A stretch of DNA of 35,463 bases from a candidate division WOR-3 bacterium (GCA_016935295.1 JAFGRF010000326.1:1-35463); one strand, 5' to 3'. Positions 24,393-33,338 are shown, numbered from the stretch's first letter. A program made the numbers and translations. Notes: a model not told the origin generated them from the letters alone.

Positions 24393-25190
24393 TTGGAGAA
24401 GGCAAATCTGTACTCGAAGATCATCGACAGGATGTTCCACTCGAAGTTCAGGACCGGCGACCAACAGGTGGACTTCGAGCGAACGGACATCGAGAGATTC
24501 GCCAAGGAGCTTGGCGTCCGCCTTCCTAAGAACCTAGGAGACCTTGTCTACAGCTTTCGCTACCGGAAGGCGCTGCCTGCTGGCATCCGCAGCAAGGCCG
24601 GAAGAGGAAAGACCTGGGCGATCAGGCTGGCCGGCAGAAGCAAGTACCGTTTCGTACTCGTTCCTGACCGCCCGCTGATCCCCAACGAGAACCTGACTAT
24701 CACGAAGGTGCCGGACTCCACGCCCGGCATCGTGGTCATGTACGCGCAGGGCGACGAGCAGGCACTGTTGGCCAAGGTTCGGTACAACCGGTTGATCGAC
24801 ATCTTCACCAGCGTCACGTGTTACTCTCTGCAGAACCACCTGCGAACCACTGTGCACGAGATGGGACAAGTCGAGACTGACGAGCTATACGTTGGCGTGG
24901 ACAAGAAGGGCACGCACTACATCGTCCCGGTGCAGGCCAAGGGTGGCAAAGACAAACTCAACATCGTCCAGATCGAACAGGACATGGCGGTCTGCGCTCA
25001 CAAGTTCCCACTCCTGATCTGCCGCCCAGTGGCCACGCAGTTCATGGCCGATGGCGTGATAGCGTTGTTCGAGTTTGCGGCGGGCGATGATGGGGTAGCC
25101 ATCGCCTCCGAGAAGCACTACAAGCTCGTGCCGCCTGAGGACCTGAGTGATGCGGATCTGAAAGCTTACAGGGAGAGAACGCCGGACTGA
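24393..25190 (+). CDS. putative type II restriction endonuclease (PD-(D/E)xK-like)
   Basis: TTG start after AAAGGAG, 15 nt after the methylase stop. GQVETDELYVGVDKKGTHYIVPVQAKGG is a candidate D...QxK catalytic core. Confidence 0.5.
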   Translation: MEKANLYSKIIDRMFHSKFRTGDQQVDFERTDIERFAKELGVRLPKNLGDLVYSFRYRKALPAGIRSKAGRGKTWAIRLAGRSKYRFVLVPDRPLIPNENLTITKVPDSTPGIVVMYAQGDEQALLAKVRYNRLIDIFTSVTCYSLQNHLRTTVHEMGQVETDELYVGVDKKGTHYIVPVQAKGGKDKLNIVQIEQDMAVCAHKFPLLICRPVATQFMADGVIALFEFAAGDDGVAIASEKHYKLVPPEDLSDADLKAYRERTPD

Positions 25191-25197
25191 CAAGACG

Positions 25198-25485
25198 ATG
25201 GGACTGCGCGTATATGGACGTTCCCGGTGGCTGCGTGGACGCAAACAAGACCGTCTGTGCATCCCGAAGTACGACCCGAAGGACAAGGTGCACAAGCGGC
25301 TGGCCGAGCTTTCGATGCAGGCACATGAGCTGGCGAGAACGCCAGCCAGCGACAAGCCACAAGCCTCAAGCCGCACGCTAGAGGAAGTCGAAGCGGAGGT
25401 TGACCTCGAATCCGCCAAGCTCTGGAGCCTCTCCGCCTCCGACTTGGCCGAGATTCAGCGAAGCCTGAAGGAGCTTACAGAGTGA
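25198..25485 (+). CDS. small ORF resembling the extreme C-terminal segment of type IIG / Eco57I-like R-M enzymes (possible remnant)
   Basis: LCIPKYDPKDKVHKRLAELS...EEVEAEVDLESAKLWSLSASDLAEIQ resembles the lpiP..d....h..L..lv...e.eID.lVy.LYgLteeEi tail. Confidence 0.25.
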   Translation: MGLRVYGRSRWLRGRKQDRLCIPKYDPKDKVHKRLAELSMQAHELARTPASDKPQASSRTLEEVEAEVDLESAKLWSLSASDLAEIQRSLKELTE

Positions 25486-25494
25486 CGGATCGGA

Positions 25495-26274
25495 ATGGTG
25501 GGCATGCCTGAACGCAAGGACGAGGAGTACTTCAAAGAGTGCTTCTCCAAGTGGCTGCGCACGAAGTGCCAGAACGTGACCCCGGTGTGGGAACGCGTGC
25601 CTGAAGACCGACAACCTCCTGACTACAGACTCCAACTTGGTGACCGCAAGTATGCCGTCAAGGTCACCAGGATCGCCAAGACCTCGGAGATCACAGCTCA
25701 GTGCTCGTTCAACGATATCCGCACGGAGATAGAAGATGAGGCCCGAAGAACCGGCGTGCTGAAGGGGTTCTACATACTCTCGTTCTACCCACCTGTGGCG
25801 ACGTCAGCGACGTTGAGAAAAGCAATCCGAGAGAAGGCGCTGCATTACATCTCCGCGCATCGGGGTGATGAGGCTGCGAATCTGCAGGTAATCGTGCCCG
25901 ACGACCGGGACAGGATCCAGCGTCGGGTCGCGATCCAGAAGCTAGGGACTGGCAAGGATGCGCTAATCTGTCAGCCGGGCGCCGTGTGCAGAATCGTGGA
26001 CGAGGTGGATACGGAGATCGCTCCTCTGGTCCAGGCGGCCGTGGCGCGGAAGCAACGTCGATTCGACGAGGTCGGGGAGTTGTCTCCACGCATCCTGCTC
26101 CTCGGCCACGACTACCCTGTCCCTAACCTAGCCGTATACGAGAAGTGCCTGTCTCAACTTCAGGCGGGAGGACTCCTGCGTGACTTCGCTGCCGTGTTTC
26201 TGGCGATCACGGATGCGCATGGCGAAATGCTCTATGAGGCGGCAGGCTGCTTTCCTTCCCGACGGCAGCAATGA
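25495..26274 (+). CDS. hypothetical protein
   Basis: 259-aa ORF. The N-terminal PPDYRLQLGDRKYAVKVTRI is vaguely nuclease-fold-like. No firm motif. Confidence 0.45.
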   Translation: MVGMPERKDEEYFKECFSKWLRTKCQNVTPVWERVPEDRQPPDYRLQLGDRKYAVKVTRIAKTSEITAQCSFNDIRTEIEDEARRTGVLKGFYILSFYPPVATSATLRKAIREKALHYISAHRGDEAANLQVIVPDDRDRIQRRVAIQKLGTGKDALICQPGAVCRIVDEVDTEIAPLVQAAVARKQRRFDEVGELSPRILLLGHDYPVPNLAVYEKCLSQLQAGGLLRDFAAVFLAITDAHGEMLYEAAGCFPSRRQQ

Positions 26275-26313
26275 CCCCGCGTCACTACTCGGGGGGCGTC
26301 CAAAGAGGCAGAT

Positions 26314-26505
26314 GTGGGCGATAGAGCCGTGCCTGGCCAAGACGAACAACATCACAGGGAGCTGTTCTCGGCCAAGGTCATGGCCGGGAGCCGGACGTAC
26401 TGCATTGACGTTCAGCGTGCCGCGAACGGGGCCAAGTATCTGAAGATCAGCGAGTCGCGCCGCCGCAAGCTCGGCCTGCTCGGGGAAATCCCATCCCCAC
26501 AATAG
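26314..26505 (+). pseudogene. truncated PUR-alpha-like (DUF3276) ssDNA/RNA-binding protein gene
   Basis: ELFSAKVMAGSRTYCIDVQRAANGAKYLKISESRRRK matches the DUF3276 core (fSk.vrAGkRTYffDv....g..yL.ItESkr). The frame ends right where the 75-bp repeat begins. Confidence 0.5.
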
Positions 26506-26572
26506 ACGATTCCTGACGCGCGGGCTGGTGGGTTTGCTGCTAACAGCTTACAGCCGACAGCTCTCAGTCTGC
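26498..26572 (+). repeat. ~75-bp direct repeat, copy 1
   Basis: CACAATAGACGATTCCTGACGCGCGG...GCTAACAGCTTACAGCCGACAGC, with ACAGCnn heptad sub-repeats. Confidence 0.8.
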
Positions 26573-26648
26573 GGCCCACGAATCCCGGTGACAGCGTTCC
26601 CGACAATCCGGCAGCAGCGAACGGACGATGGATGCACAAGGAGAGCCA

Positions 26649-27140
26649 ATGAATGTTATACCTGCCGATGTAGTTGAGATGACCTGGAAGGAGATGGCGG
26701 CCGGGTCGGTTGCCGACGCCAGGAAATGGGCCGACCGAATGACGAAAGAGCAGCCTTTTGTCCTGGCGTATCTGCTTGCCGTCGGCGAGAGGGACTTCAA
26801 CCCCGACGAGGCCCAGTTGCTCTTCTATCTCGGCACCGTAGTCTGGCAAATCTTCGACCGGAGCGGCCGGCAGTTGGCCCAGGTCAGCGGCGACGTGCTG
26901 GACCGAACCGAGGAAAACAACGCGAAGATGCTCGAGTACCTCGAAGGGGAATCGGAAACCGGCTTCGTGGAAGCCGTGCAGGGTCTCTTGGACGGCTACA
27001 AACAGGTCGAAGTGCTGAGGTACGTCATCAATGCGCTGATGGAGGAGCCGGAGGAAGGCTGCGACATCCGGGGCGACAACGTCGGCGCGATGTTCATTCA
27101 CCTCAAGACAGTCATTGACTGCTTCGATCGGACTGGGTGA
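26649..27140 (+). CDS. hypothetical protein
   Basis: ATG 26649 after AAGGAG. 163-aa acidic helical protein. The gene is flanked by the two 75-bp repeats. Confidence 0.55.
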   Translation: MNVIPADVVEMTWKEMAAGSVADARKWADRMTKEQPFVLAYLLAVGERDFNPDEAQLLFYLGTVVWQIFDRSGRQLAQVSGDVLDRTEENNAKMLEYLEGESETGFVEAVQGLLDGYKQVEVLRYVINALMEEPEEGCDIRGDNVGAMFIHLKTVIDCFDRTG

Positions 27141-27153
27141 GGAGTCCGGGCGA

Positions 27154-27226
27154 CACAATGGGCGATTCCTGACGCGCGGCGGTGTGAGCTTGCAGCCAAC
27201 AGCTTACAGCTAGCAGCCCGGAACTG
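27154..27226 (+). repeat. ~75-bp direct repeat, copy 2
   Basis: CACAATGGGCGATTCCTGACGCGCGG...GCCAACAGCTTACAGCTAGCAGC. Confidence 0.8.
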
Positions 27227-27489
27227 AAGCAGACTCATCCTTCCAACACACACTATCCAGACTCTGTCACGCGGTTCATTATAGTGAACCGGGCAGTTCT
27301 CCCGCGTCTGGTCACGCGCCGGGCGCTTATTGTCGCGCGGCCGCCCATTTGACCCGCCCGCCCGGGAGTTCTACAATCCTGCCGTGACCGCTAGCACGAT
27401 TGCGATTGTCGAAGGCCGTCGCGCCGAAGGCGCGAGTGACCAGTGACCCGTTGGCAGTGTCCAGTGATCCAGCGCGATTGGCGGCTTGG

Positions 27490-27518
27490 TTGACGCTAGG
27501 GCCGTGCCGTGCTATCAT
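27490..27518 (+). promoter_or_regulatory. sigma70-type promoter
   Basis: TTGACG (27490-27495), 17-nt spacer, TATCAT (27513-27518). GTG 27525 sits at the predicted TSS. Confidence 0.55.
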
Positions 27519-27524
27519 AAATTG

Positions 27525-27719
27525 GTGTCTGTGAAAAGAGAACGAGTTGCCCGCCTGACCGGCAAGCCCGGAAACTGGGTCGCTGTCGAGCTTGAGACCC
27601 GCAAGGTCGTGGCCGAAGCGACCACGCTGAAGGCCGTTGCCAGGATCGTGGAGCGGAAGGGTTTGAAGCGTACGAGTTTCACCCGCGTGCCCAGTCCGGA
27701 CTGCGCCCTCATCCTCTGA
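27525..27719 (+). CDS. DUF5678-like small protein (start uncertain: TTG 27522, GTG 27525 or GTG 27531)
   Basis: GKPGNWVAVELETRKVVAEATTLKAVARIVERKG...FTRVP fits the GkWVAi.dgkVva.g..l pattern. Confidence 0.5.
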   Translation: MSVKRERVARLTGKPGNWVAVELETRKVVAEATTLKAVARIVERKGLKRTSFTRVPSPDCALIL

Positions 27720-27735
27720 GCGGGCCGTCACCGCC

Positions 27736-28176
27736 GTGACGGTCCTTACATTTCCATTTCAGGAAGTCCGGGTCGCCCGCAGCCGTCTGTATCCGGACGG
27801 GGCAAAGCTGGTGCCGTTCATCCCGCTTGCCCTGGTCGGTGCCGCGGCTCAGGTGCCGTTGATGCTTGTAGCCGACTCGGGCGCCGACTACACGATGGTC
27901 AGCACCGAGATCGCGCCTTTGCTGGGCCTGGACCTTGAGGCCGGCGAAAGGACCAGCTTCTGCGGAACGTCGGGTCATCAGCAGGAGGCCTATGTCCACC
28001 GGCTGGACATCGTCATTCAGGATGCCCGGAACTCAGTCCGGTACGCGGCAGACGTAGCGTTTGCCGGTCTGCCACGCTCGGTGGCGGGACTGCTCGGCCG
28101 GGTTGGGTTCTTCGACCGGTTCGTGGTAACTTTCAACCAGCCTGCAAACCAGATCATTCTCCGCTCCGTCGTGTGA
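27736..28176 (+). CDS. retropepsin-like aspartic protease
   Basis: LMLVADSGADYTMVS has the D-S-G-A active-site motif. Size is that of a single-lobe pepsin-like protease. Confidence 0.7.
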   Translation: MTVLTFPFQEVRVARSRLYPDGAKLVPFIPLALVGAAAQVPLMLVADSGADYTMVSTEIAPLLGLDLEAGERTSFCGTSGHQQEAYVHRLDIVIQDARNSVRYAADVAFAGLPRSVAGLLGRVGFFDRFVVTFNQPANQIILRSVV

Positions 28177-28242
28177 CGGCCGGCCCAGACTAGCAAGAAG
28201 TCAGGCGAGAATCCGGAGCCTGTGGCCGGATTGGGCGCGGCG

Positions 28243-28285
28243 TGGGAGATAGCTAACAGCCGACAGCTTACGGCTTGCGGCCGCG
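28243..28285 (+). repeat. partial third copy of the repeat (ACAGC heptad part)
   Basis: GGGCGCGGCGTGGGAGATAGCTAACAGCCGACAGCTTACGGCTTGCGGC. Confidence 0.55.
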
Positions 28286-28637
28286 AGGACGGGCAGCCGC
28301 CGAACCGCGCGAGTCAGCAGTGAGCAGCCTGCGCTCCGACTGGCCGTGCTGCGCCGGTTGCGGCGGTGAAGGCAACCGCAGTAGCTCAGGTGGTCAGAAA
28401 CCTGGACACAGCGTGACATACAGGGCGTTAGGCAGCACAAGCTGCCTTCCGATCTGCCACCGGGCAGCGCTGATTCGCTGAGGCAGCCACGCTTCAAGGC
28501 GACAACAGGTCTCACATCGAGGTCAGACGCCTAACCGACTGTATTTGAGCAAGATACATCTCAGATCCTATGCAACAGTGCGCTGGATAGCGCCATGAGT
28601 GGCACTCCAGGATTCGGTTAGGGAACCAATGGGGGAG

Positions 28638-28940
28638 TCACCCCGGGGGTCGTCCCTAAGGTGGTTCCAAGAGTGGTTCATGGATTGAATCGGCGATTGA
28701 ACTGGAGAGCGACTTGTCGAGTGAGTCTAAAGGTCACTCGTGGAATGAGTTATGGGCTGAATCTGTGACTGAATCATCAGATGAGTTGTAGATTCAGCCG
28801 CTGATTCAGCAGAAAGGTGATTGTCCGGGTCAATCGTAGATTGACTTGCCGGTTGAGTCGGTGATTCACTTGCAGGATGAGTCGTCAGGTGAACCGCAGA
28901 ATGACTCGTAGGACGAATCGCCGGATGCCAATCTGGGTGC
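28638..28940. repeat. degenerate tandem array with strict 12-nt period (about 25 units), GANTC-rich
   Basis: T(G/C)A recurs at 28638, 28686, 28698, 28722, 28734 and then every 12 nt through 28902, with weaker CGA/TGC forms at 28710 and 28914-28938. Example units: GATTGAATCGGC, GATTGAACTGGA, GACTGAATCATC, GATTCAGCCGCT, GATTCAGCAGAA. Confidence 0.85.
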
Positions 28941-29222
28941 CCGGTCGATATCGGTCTTGCTTTCTGCGCCCCGTTACGATTCGGTCACCTACCGAAGCGA
29001 CGACAGCTGGGAAGCCGGTGGCGGTGATGCCGGAAGCGGTGTCATGGGTCTTGCCCTGAGCGGCGCGAGTAACGATGGGCAGAGCTTCGCTCGAAACCTT
29101 CAAGCAAGCCGTTGAGTAGGCCTTCGAATAAGCCCTTGAACGAGCAGTCTGAAAACCTCTGAGTCTCCCCGGGAACTCTCAACGCAACTTCGGGCTGGGA
29201 GTTTCGGAGCGCGCGCCGCCTG

Positions 29223-30020
29223 CTAGGCCAGGCCGGCAAAGCGGGCGTAGATGTCGAAGAGCTGCGGACCGAAGAAGAGGCCGACCAGCGCGCCCATTGC
29301 CAGGAACGGGCCGAACGGAATCGGCTGGCCGCGTTTGTGCCGGCCCGCCGCCCGGGAGATGTAGCCGATGATGACACCGAAGACGACGGCGGCGGCAAGC
29401 GCCACAATCAGCCCTTTGAGACCGACGAACGCGCCGATCATCGCCGCGTAGGGCAGGTCGCCGAAGCCCATCCCCTCTTTCTGGTCCACACCGAACCGCC
29501 GGAAGGCCCCGGCCAGCACGTAGCGCCACAAGAGCATCGCGAATAGCACGAAGCCCGCACCGACCGCGGCGGCCGTGACCGCTCTGAGGATGTGCGGCGG
29601 CGGCGCCAGGATGCCCCCAGAAAGCCCCAGCACAAGCCCGGTGACGCTGAACCCAAAGGGAATGATCTGATGGTCCAGGTCAATGAAGGCCGTAATGACA
29701 AGCAGTGAGACAAACACGATTGCCTTGACCGTGAGCAGGCTGAACCCGAACCGGGCGTAGGCCGCTACGAAAAGCAGCCCGGTCAGTGCCTCAATCAGGG
29801 GATACCGTATCGATATCCTTTTGCCGCAATCGCGGCAGCGGCCGCGCAAGAGCAGCCAGCTCAGAACCGGGATGTTGTCATACGGTCGAATCGGCTTCTT
29901 GCAGCGGGGGCAGTGCGACGGCGGCGAGGAAATGGACTTGTGCAGCGGTACCCGCCAGATGACGACATTGAAGAAGCTGCCGAAAACGAGCCCGAGCAGG
30001 GCCGAGAGCGCCCAGATCAC
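29223..30020 (-). CDS. pilD: prepilin peptidase / N-methyltransferase (A24 family)
   Basis: Start moved to the GTG overlapping the pilT stop (GTGA). LGLVFGSFFNVVIWRVP...CPRCKKPIRPYDNIPVLSWLLLRGRCRDCGKRIS. Confidence 0.85.
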   Translation of the reverse strand: MIWALSALLGLVFGSFFNVVIWRVPLHKSISSPPSHCPRCKKPIRPYDNIPVLSWLLLRGRCRDCGKRISIRYPLIEALTGLLFVAAYARFGFSLLTVKAIVFVSLLVITAFIDLDHQIIPFGFSVTGLVLGLSGGILAPPPHILRAVTAAAVGAGFVLFAMLLWRYVLAGAFRRFGVDQKEGMGFGDLPYAAMIGAFVGLKGLIVALAAAVVFGVIIGYISRAAGRHKRGQPIPFGPFLAMGALVGLFFGPQLFDIYARFAGLA

Positions 30021-31153
30021 CGCGTGCCGGGCTGGGGCGACATGTCCGGCGGGGCGAAGAGTTTCTTGTCCGAGGCTATCGCGTAGGCAGTATCGATCGA
30101 GATCAAGCCCTTGCGCAGCAGCGCCGCCAGGCACTGGTCCATCGTCTGCATGCCGTACTGCGAACCGGTCTGAACCAGCGAGGCGACCTGGTGCGACTTG
30201 CTCTCGCGGATCATGTTCTTGACCGCAGGCGTGGCAATCAGCACCTCCATCGCCGCAACGCGGCCCCGCTGGTCCTTGCGCGGCAGGAGAGTCTGGGAGA
30301 CTATCCCGCGAATGACGTTCGCGAATATCTGCCGGACGTAGTCGTGCTGGTCCGCCGGAAACACGTCGATGACCCGGTCAACGGTCTGGGCCACGTTGTT
30401 CGTGTGCAGGGTCGAAAGCACCAGGTGGCCGGTCTCGGCCGCGGTCAGCGCCAGCTGGATGGTCTCCAGGTCGCGCATCTCGCCCACGAAAATGACGTTG
30501 GGATCCTCGCGCAGGCAGGCCCGCAGCGCGTCGGCAAACGACCGCGAGTGGGCGCCGATTTCCCGCTGGCTGATCAGGCAGTTCCGCCCTTTGAAGATGT
30601 ACTCGATGGGGTCTTCGATGGTAATGATCCGGTCCTGCCGTTCCTGGTCGATCAGATCGATCATGCTCGCGAGCGTAGTCGACTTGCCGCAGCCGGTCGG
30701 CCCGGTCACCAGCACGAGACCGGTCGGGCACCGAGTCATCTCGGCCACCGAGTCCGGTGCCGGGAGTTCCTCGAGCGTCCGGATCTTCGCCGGTATGATA
30801 CGGAAAGCCCCGCCGACTCCGGAGAGGTCCATGAAGACATTCACGCGCGCGCGCACCCGTTCCGGAGTCGTGTACTCGAGCACGACGCTGCCTGACGGAA
30901 CGGCCGTGCCCCACGTATAGGAAAGGTCCAGCTCGCGCCGCTGCTCAACTGAAGCCCGCTGTTCGTCGGTCAGTATCGAGTAGAGCAGCGCCTGAGAATC
31001 GTCGGCCGACAGCGTGGGACCGGGTATCTTCTTCAGCTTGCCGTTGACCCGGATGATCGGCGGGTTGCCGACCGTTATGTGCAGGTCGGAGGCTCCGTAC
31101 TTGGCTGCGTAGCGCAGCAGTTCGTCAATGCTCATCAATAAGTAATGCTCCAC
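30017..31153 (-). CDS. pilT: type IV pilus retraction ATPase
   Basis: GASDLHITVGNPPIIRVNGKL, Walker A GPTGCGKSTT, TIEDPIEY, and AHxxTGHLV-type motif TGHLVLSTLHTNN. Confidence 0.9.
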   Translation of the reverse strand: MEHYLLMSIDELLRYAAKYGASDLHITVGNPPIIRVNGKLKKIPGPTLSADDSQALLYSILTDEQRASVEQRRELDLSYTWGTAVPSGSVVLEYTTPERVRARVNVFMDLSGVGGAFRIIPAKIRTLEELPAPDSVAEMTRCPTGLVLVTGPTGCGKSTTLASMIDLIDQERQDRIITIEDPIEYIFKGRNCLISQREIGAHSRSFADALRACLREDPNVIFVGEMRDLETIQLALTAAETGHLVLSTLHTNNVAQTVDRVIDVFPADQHDYVRQIFANVIRGIVSQTLLPRKDQRGRVAAMEVLIATPAVKNMIRESKSHQVASLVQTGSQYGMQTMDQCLAALLRKGLISIDTAYAIASDKKLFAPPDMSPQPGTR

Positions 31154-31234
31154 GCCCGACTCGGAACCCGGTGTTCACCCGTCGTCGGGCGTGGAGCGTC
31201 AGTCCTACAGCGTGGGGCTTATCGTCAGCAGTCG

Positions 31235-32824
31235 CTAGCCCTCCGCCGGCACAATGTGCGGAATGATGAATATCATCAGGTCGTTCTTGGTATGGTTGAT
31301 CGTGGTCTTCCGGAACAGGTGGCCCAGAATCGGGATGTCGCCCAGGAGCGGCACCTTGCCGATGGTCCGGGTCTCCTCGTCACGGGTAAGGCCGCCGATC
31401 ACGGCCACCTCGCCGTCGCCGACGACGATGTTCGTCTCGGCCGAACGCCGCGCAACGATCGGTCGCGCGTCGTCGGACGATCCCGACCAGCCGGTTATCG
31501 CCTCGACACTCGGCTTGACCTCCATGTTCACCTTGCCGTCCGACGTCACGTGCGGCGTGACTTCAAGCGCTATCGGCACTGAACGCGTCCGCCACGTCGC
31601 CAGTACCAGACCGGTTTTGGGGTCGGTGCTGATCTCGCGTACCGGCACGTCGGTGCCCATGCTGACCGTCGCGGTATGGTTGTCCAGCGTCAGCGTGCTG
31701 GGGTTGGCGAGCACCCGCGAATTCCCGCGCGTCTGCAGGAAATCGAGGGCCGCGCTGAGGCCGGTGTAGTCAAGCTTGCCGACCACCATATTGTTGAAGA
31801 TCAGCGGGAACACGTCATCGGTGCCGATGTTGGGGGCGCCGCCCTTGGCCGCGATACCCAGCTTCCACTCGATGCCGTAGACGTCAGTCGCGTTCACCGT
31901 CGTTTCGACGAACTTGGCTTCGATCATGACCTGCGGCAGGGGCTTGTCGTACTCGGCCAGGAACTCGGCCACCCGGTCCAGCGCCTCCGGAATGTCGTTG
32001 ACGATGACCATGTTCGTGCGCTGCGAACCGCCGCCCGCGCCGACGCGGCGATACCCGACGTCAACGTTGCCGACCTGCGAGAGCATCTTCGGCATGAGCT
32101 TGACGACATCTGAGGCCTCGGCGTAGTCCAGCATGAACACGCGCACCTGGGTTTCGCCGAACATCTCCTTCTTCTCGGGCTTGACTACGATGATGCCCTC
32201 TTTGTCCTCGACCATGTTGCAGAGGCCGGCCTTCAGCAGGGCTTCCAGACCCATGCGCAGCGGCACGTCGTTCAGGCGTACGGTCACGACTGACTTCACG
32301 TCCTGCGTCGCAAGGATGTTCAGGTTGAACTGGCTGGCGATCATCCGCATCAGGTCGGTCAGGTCCGCATCTTTCACGTACAGCGTCAGCCGCTTGCCGA
32401 AGAACTGGTCGGCCGTCGGCGGAGGCGGAACCGGTGCCAGCGGATGGATATCCAGGTCGATGACCACGAGTCCATTCTCGACCGTTACCTTGTGCCGGAC
32501 CGGTTCGCGCAGCCCGACCGTCATCCGCAATCCCGAAGCCGCCTCACTCGGCTCCACGGTCACGTTCGTCACCGGGTAGTAGGATGACTCGATCCGGTTG
32601 TGCTTCAGCTTCGACTCCGCATCCATGATATCGACCACCAGGGCCGGCGGATCGTCGGTGAAGAACGAACTCACGTTGGGATTGCCCGTGCAGACGGCGG
32701 TTACGCGGACGTTCTCAAGCAGCTTGTCCACCGCGACGCTGGTGATATCGACGGACTCCTGCGCAAGCAGCACCGAGCAGAGGCAGAAGACTGCAAGGAA
32801 TGGAATCGCTGTTTTCCTAGTCAT
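31235..32824 (-). CDS. pilQ: type IV pilus secretin
   Basis: Signal peptide, AMIN-like N-terminus, secretin C-domain with VPLLGDIPILGHLFR. Confidence 0.9.
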   Translation of the reverse strand: MTRKTAIPFLAVFCLCSVLLAQESVDITSVAVDKLLENVRVTAVCTGNPNVSSFFTDDPPALVVDIMDAESKLKHNRIESSYYPVTNVTVEPSEAASGLRMTVGLREPVRHKVTVENGLVVIDLDIHPLAPVPPPPTADQFFGKRLTLYVKDADLTDLMRMIASQFNLNILATQDVKSVVTVRLNDVPLRMGLEALLKAGLCNMVEDKEGIIVVKPEKKEMFGETQVRVFMLDYAEASDVVKLMPKMLSQVGNVDVGYRRVGAGGGSQRTNMVIVNDIPEALDRVAEFLAEYDKPLPQVMIEAKFVETTVNATDVYGIEWKLGIAAKGGAPNIGTDDVFPLIFNNMVVGKLDYTGLSAALDFLQTRGNSRVLANPSTLTLDNHTATVSMGTDVPVREISTDPKTGLVLATWRTRSVPIALEVTPHVTSDGKVNMEVKPSVEAITGWSGSSDDARPIVARRSAETNIVVGDGEVAVIGGLTRDEETRTIGKVPLLGDIPILGHLFRKTTINHTKNDLMIFIIPHIVPAEG

Positions 32825-32828
32825 ATTT

Positions 32829-33278
32829 TCACTCCCCCAGCAGCAAGGTGAACGTCCGTCCGCCCTGCTCCAGTGTTACGTTATCGCTCTCGATCTTGAC
32901 GACCCGCTTGCCGCTGATCTCGTCTCCGATCTGCAGGATCTGGTCGTTGATCAGCGCGTACGGACGGTCGCCGCCGAGCGTGATTGCCTTAAGTCTGAGA
33001 TTGGCCAGTTCGTTCACCATGACCCAGTCACGGACGAACGGGTCCGTGCCCCAGGTTTCCGGTGGCAGTACCTTCGGCGTCAGCGCGCCGGTTGTCGTTT
33101 TCGCGGGCTGTGCGGCTTCGTCCGTGGCCGTTGGTGCCGGCTGGACCGCCTTGGCGCCGGTCGCCTCGGCCGCTGCCGCGCTCACGCCCTTCAGCTCCGG
33201 CTGCGGCCGGAAGGCAAAAGTGTAGAGCGCCAGCACCGCCACGGCTATGCCCAAAAGAACCAGAATCCTGTGTCTCAA
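32829..33278 (-). CDS. PilP-like pilus assembly protein
   Basis: N-terminal TM, A/P/T linker, C-terminal DPF...LKAITLGGDRPYALINDQILQIGDEISGKRVVKIESDNVTL. Confidence 0.55.
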   Translation of the reverse strand: MRHRILVLLGIAVAVLALYTFAFRPQPELKGVSAAAAEATGAKAVQPAPTATDEAAQPAKTTTGALTPKVLPPETWGTDPFVRDWVMVNELANLRLKAITLGGDRPYALINDQILQIGDEISGKRVVKIESDNVTLEQGGRTFTLLLGE

Positions 33279-33338
33279 GATACCCCTTTCTGCATCAGCA
33301 CACCGGCAGACGGCCTGTCAGAATAGAATCGCATCAAC

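Noticed and set aside
26498-28285. The 75-bp repeats as integron attC sites.
   Set aside because: The candidate R-double-prime boxes (TGCTAAC, AGCCAAC, AGCTAAC) each violate RYYYAAC. No matching GTTRRRY box closes the site, and no intI integrase is in the window. I kept it only as a generic cassette-like repeat finding.
28376-28400. tRNA-like D-arm string GCAGTAGCTCAGGTGGTCAGAA.
   Set aside because: The D-stem cannot close (GCTC versus GAAA). No anticodon arm, T-arm GTTCGAATC or acceptor stem follows. At most it is a scrap of a tRNA 5-prime half.
28638-28940. The 12-nt array as a CRISPR array.
   Set aside because: The units are contiguous 12-mers with no repeat/spacer alternation, far shorter than CRISPR repeats. 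No cas genes are present.
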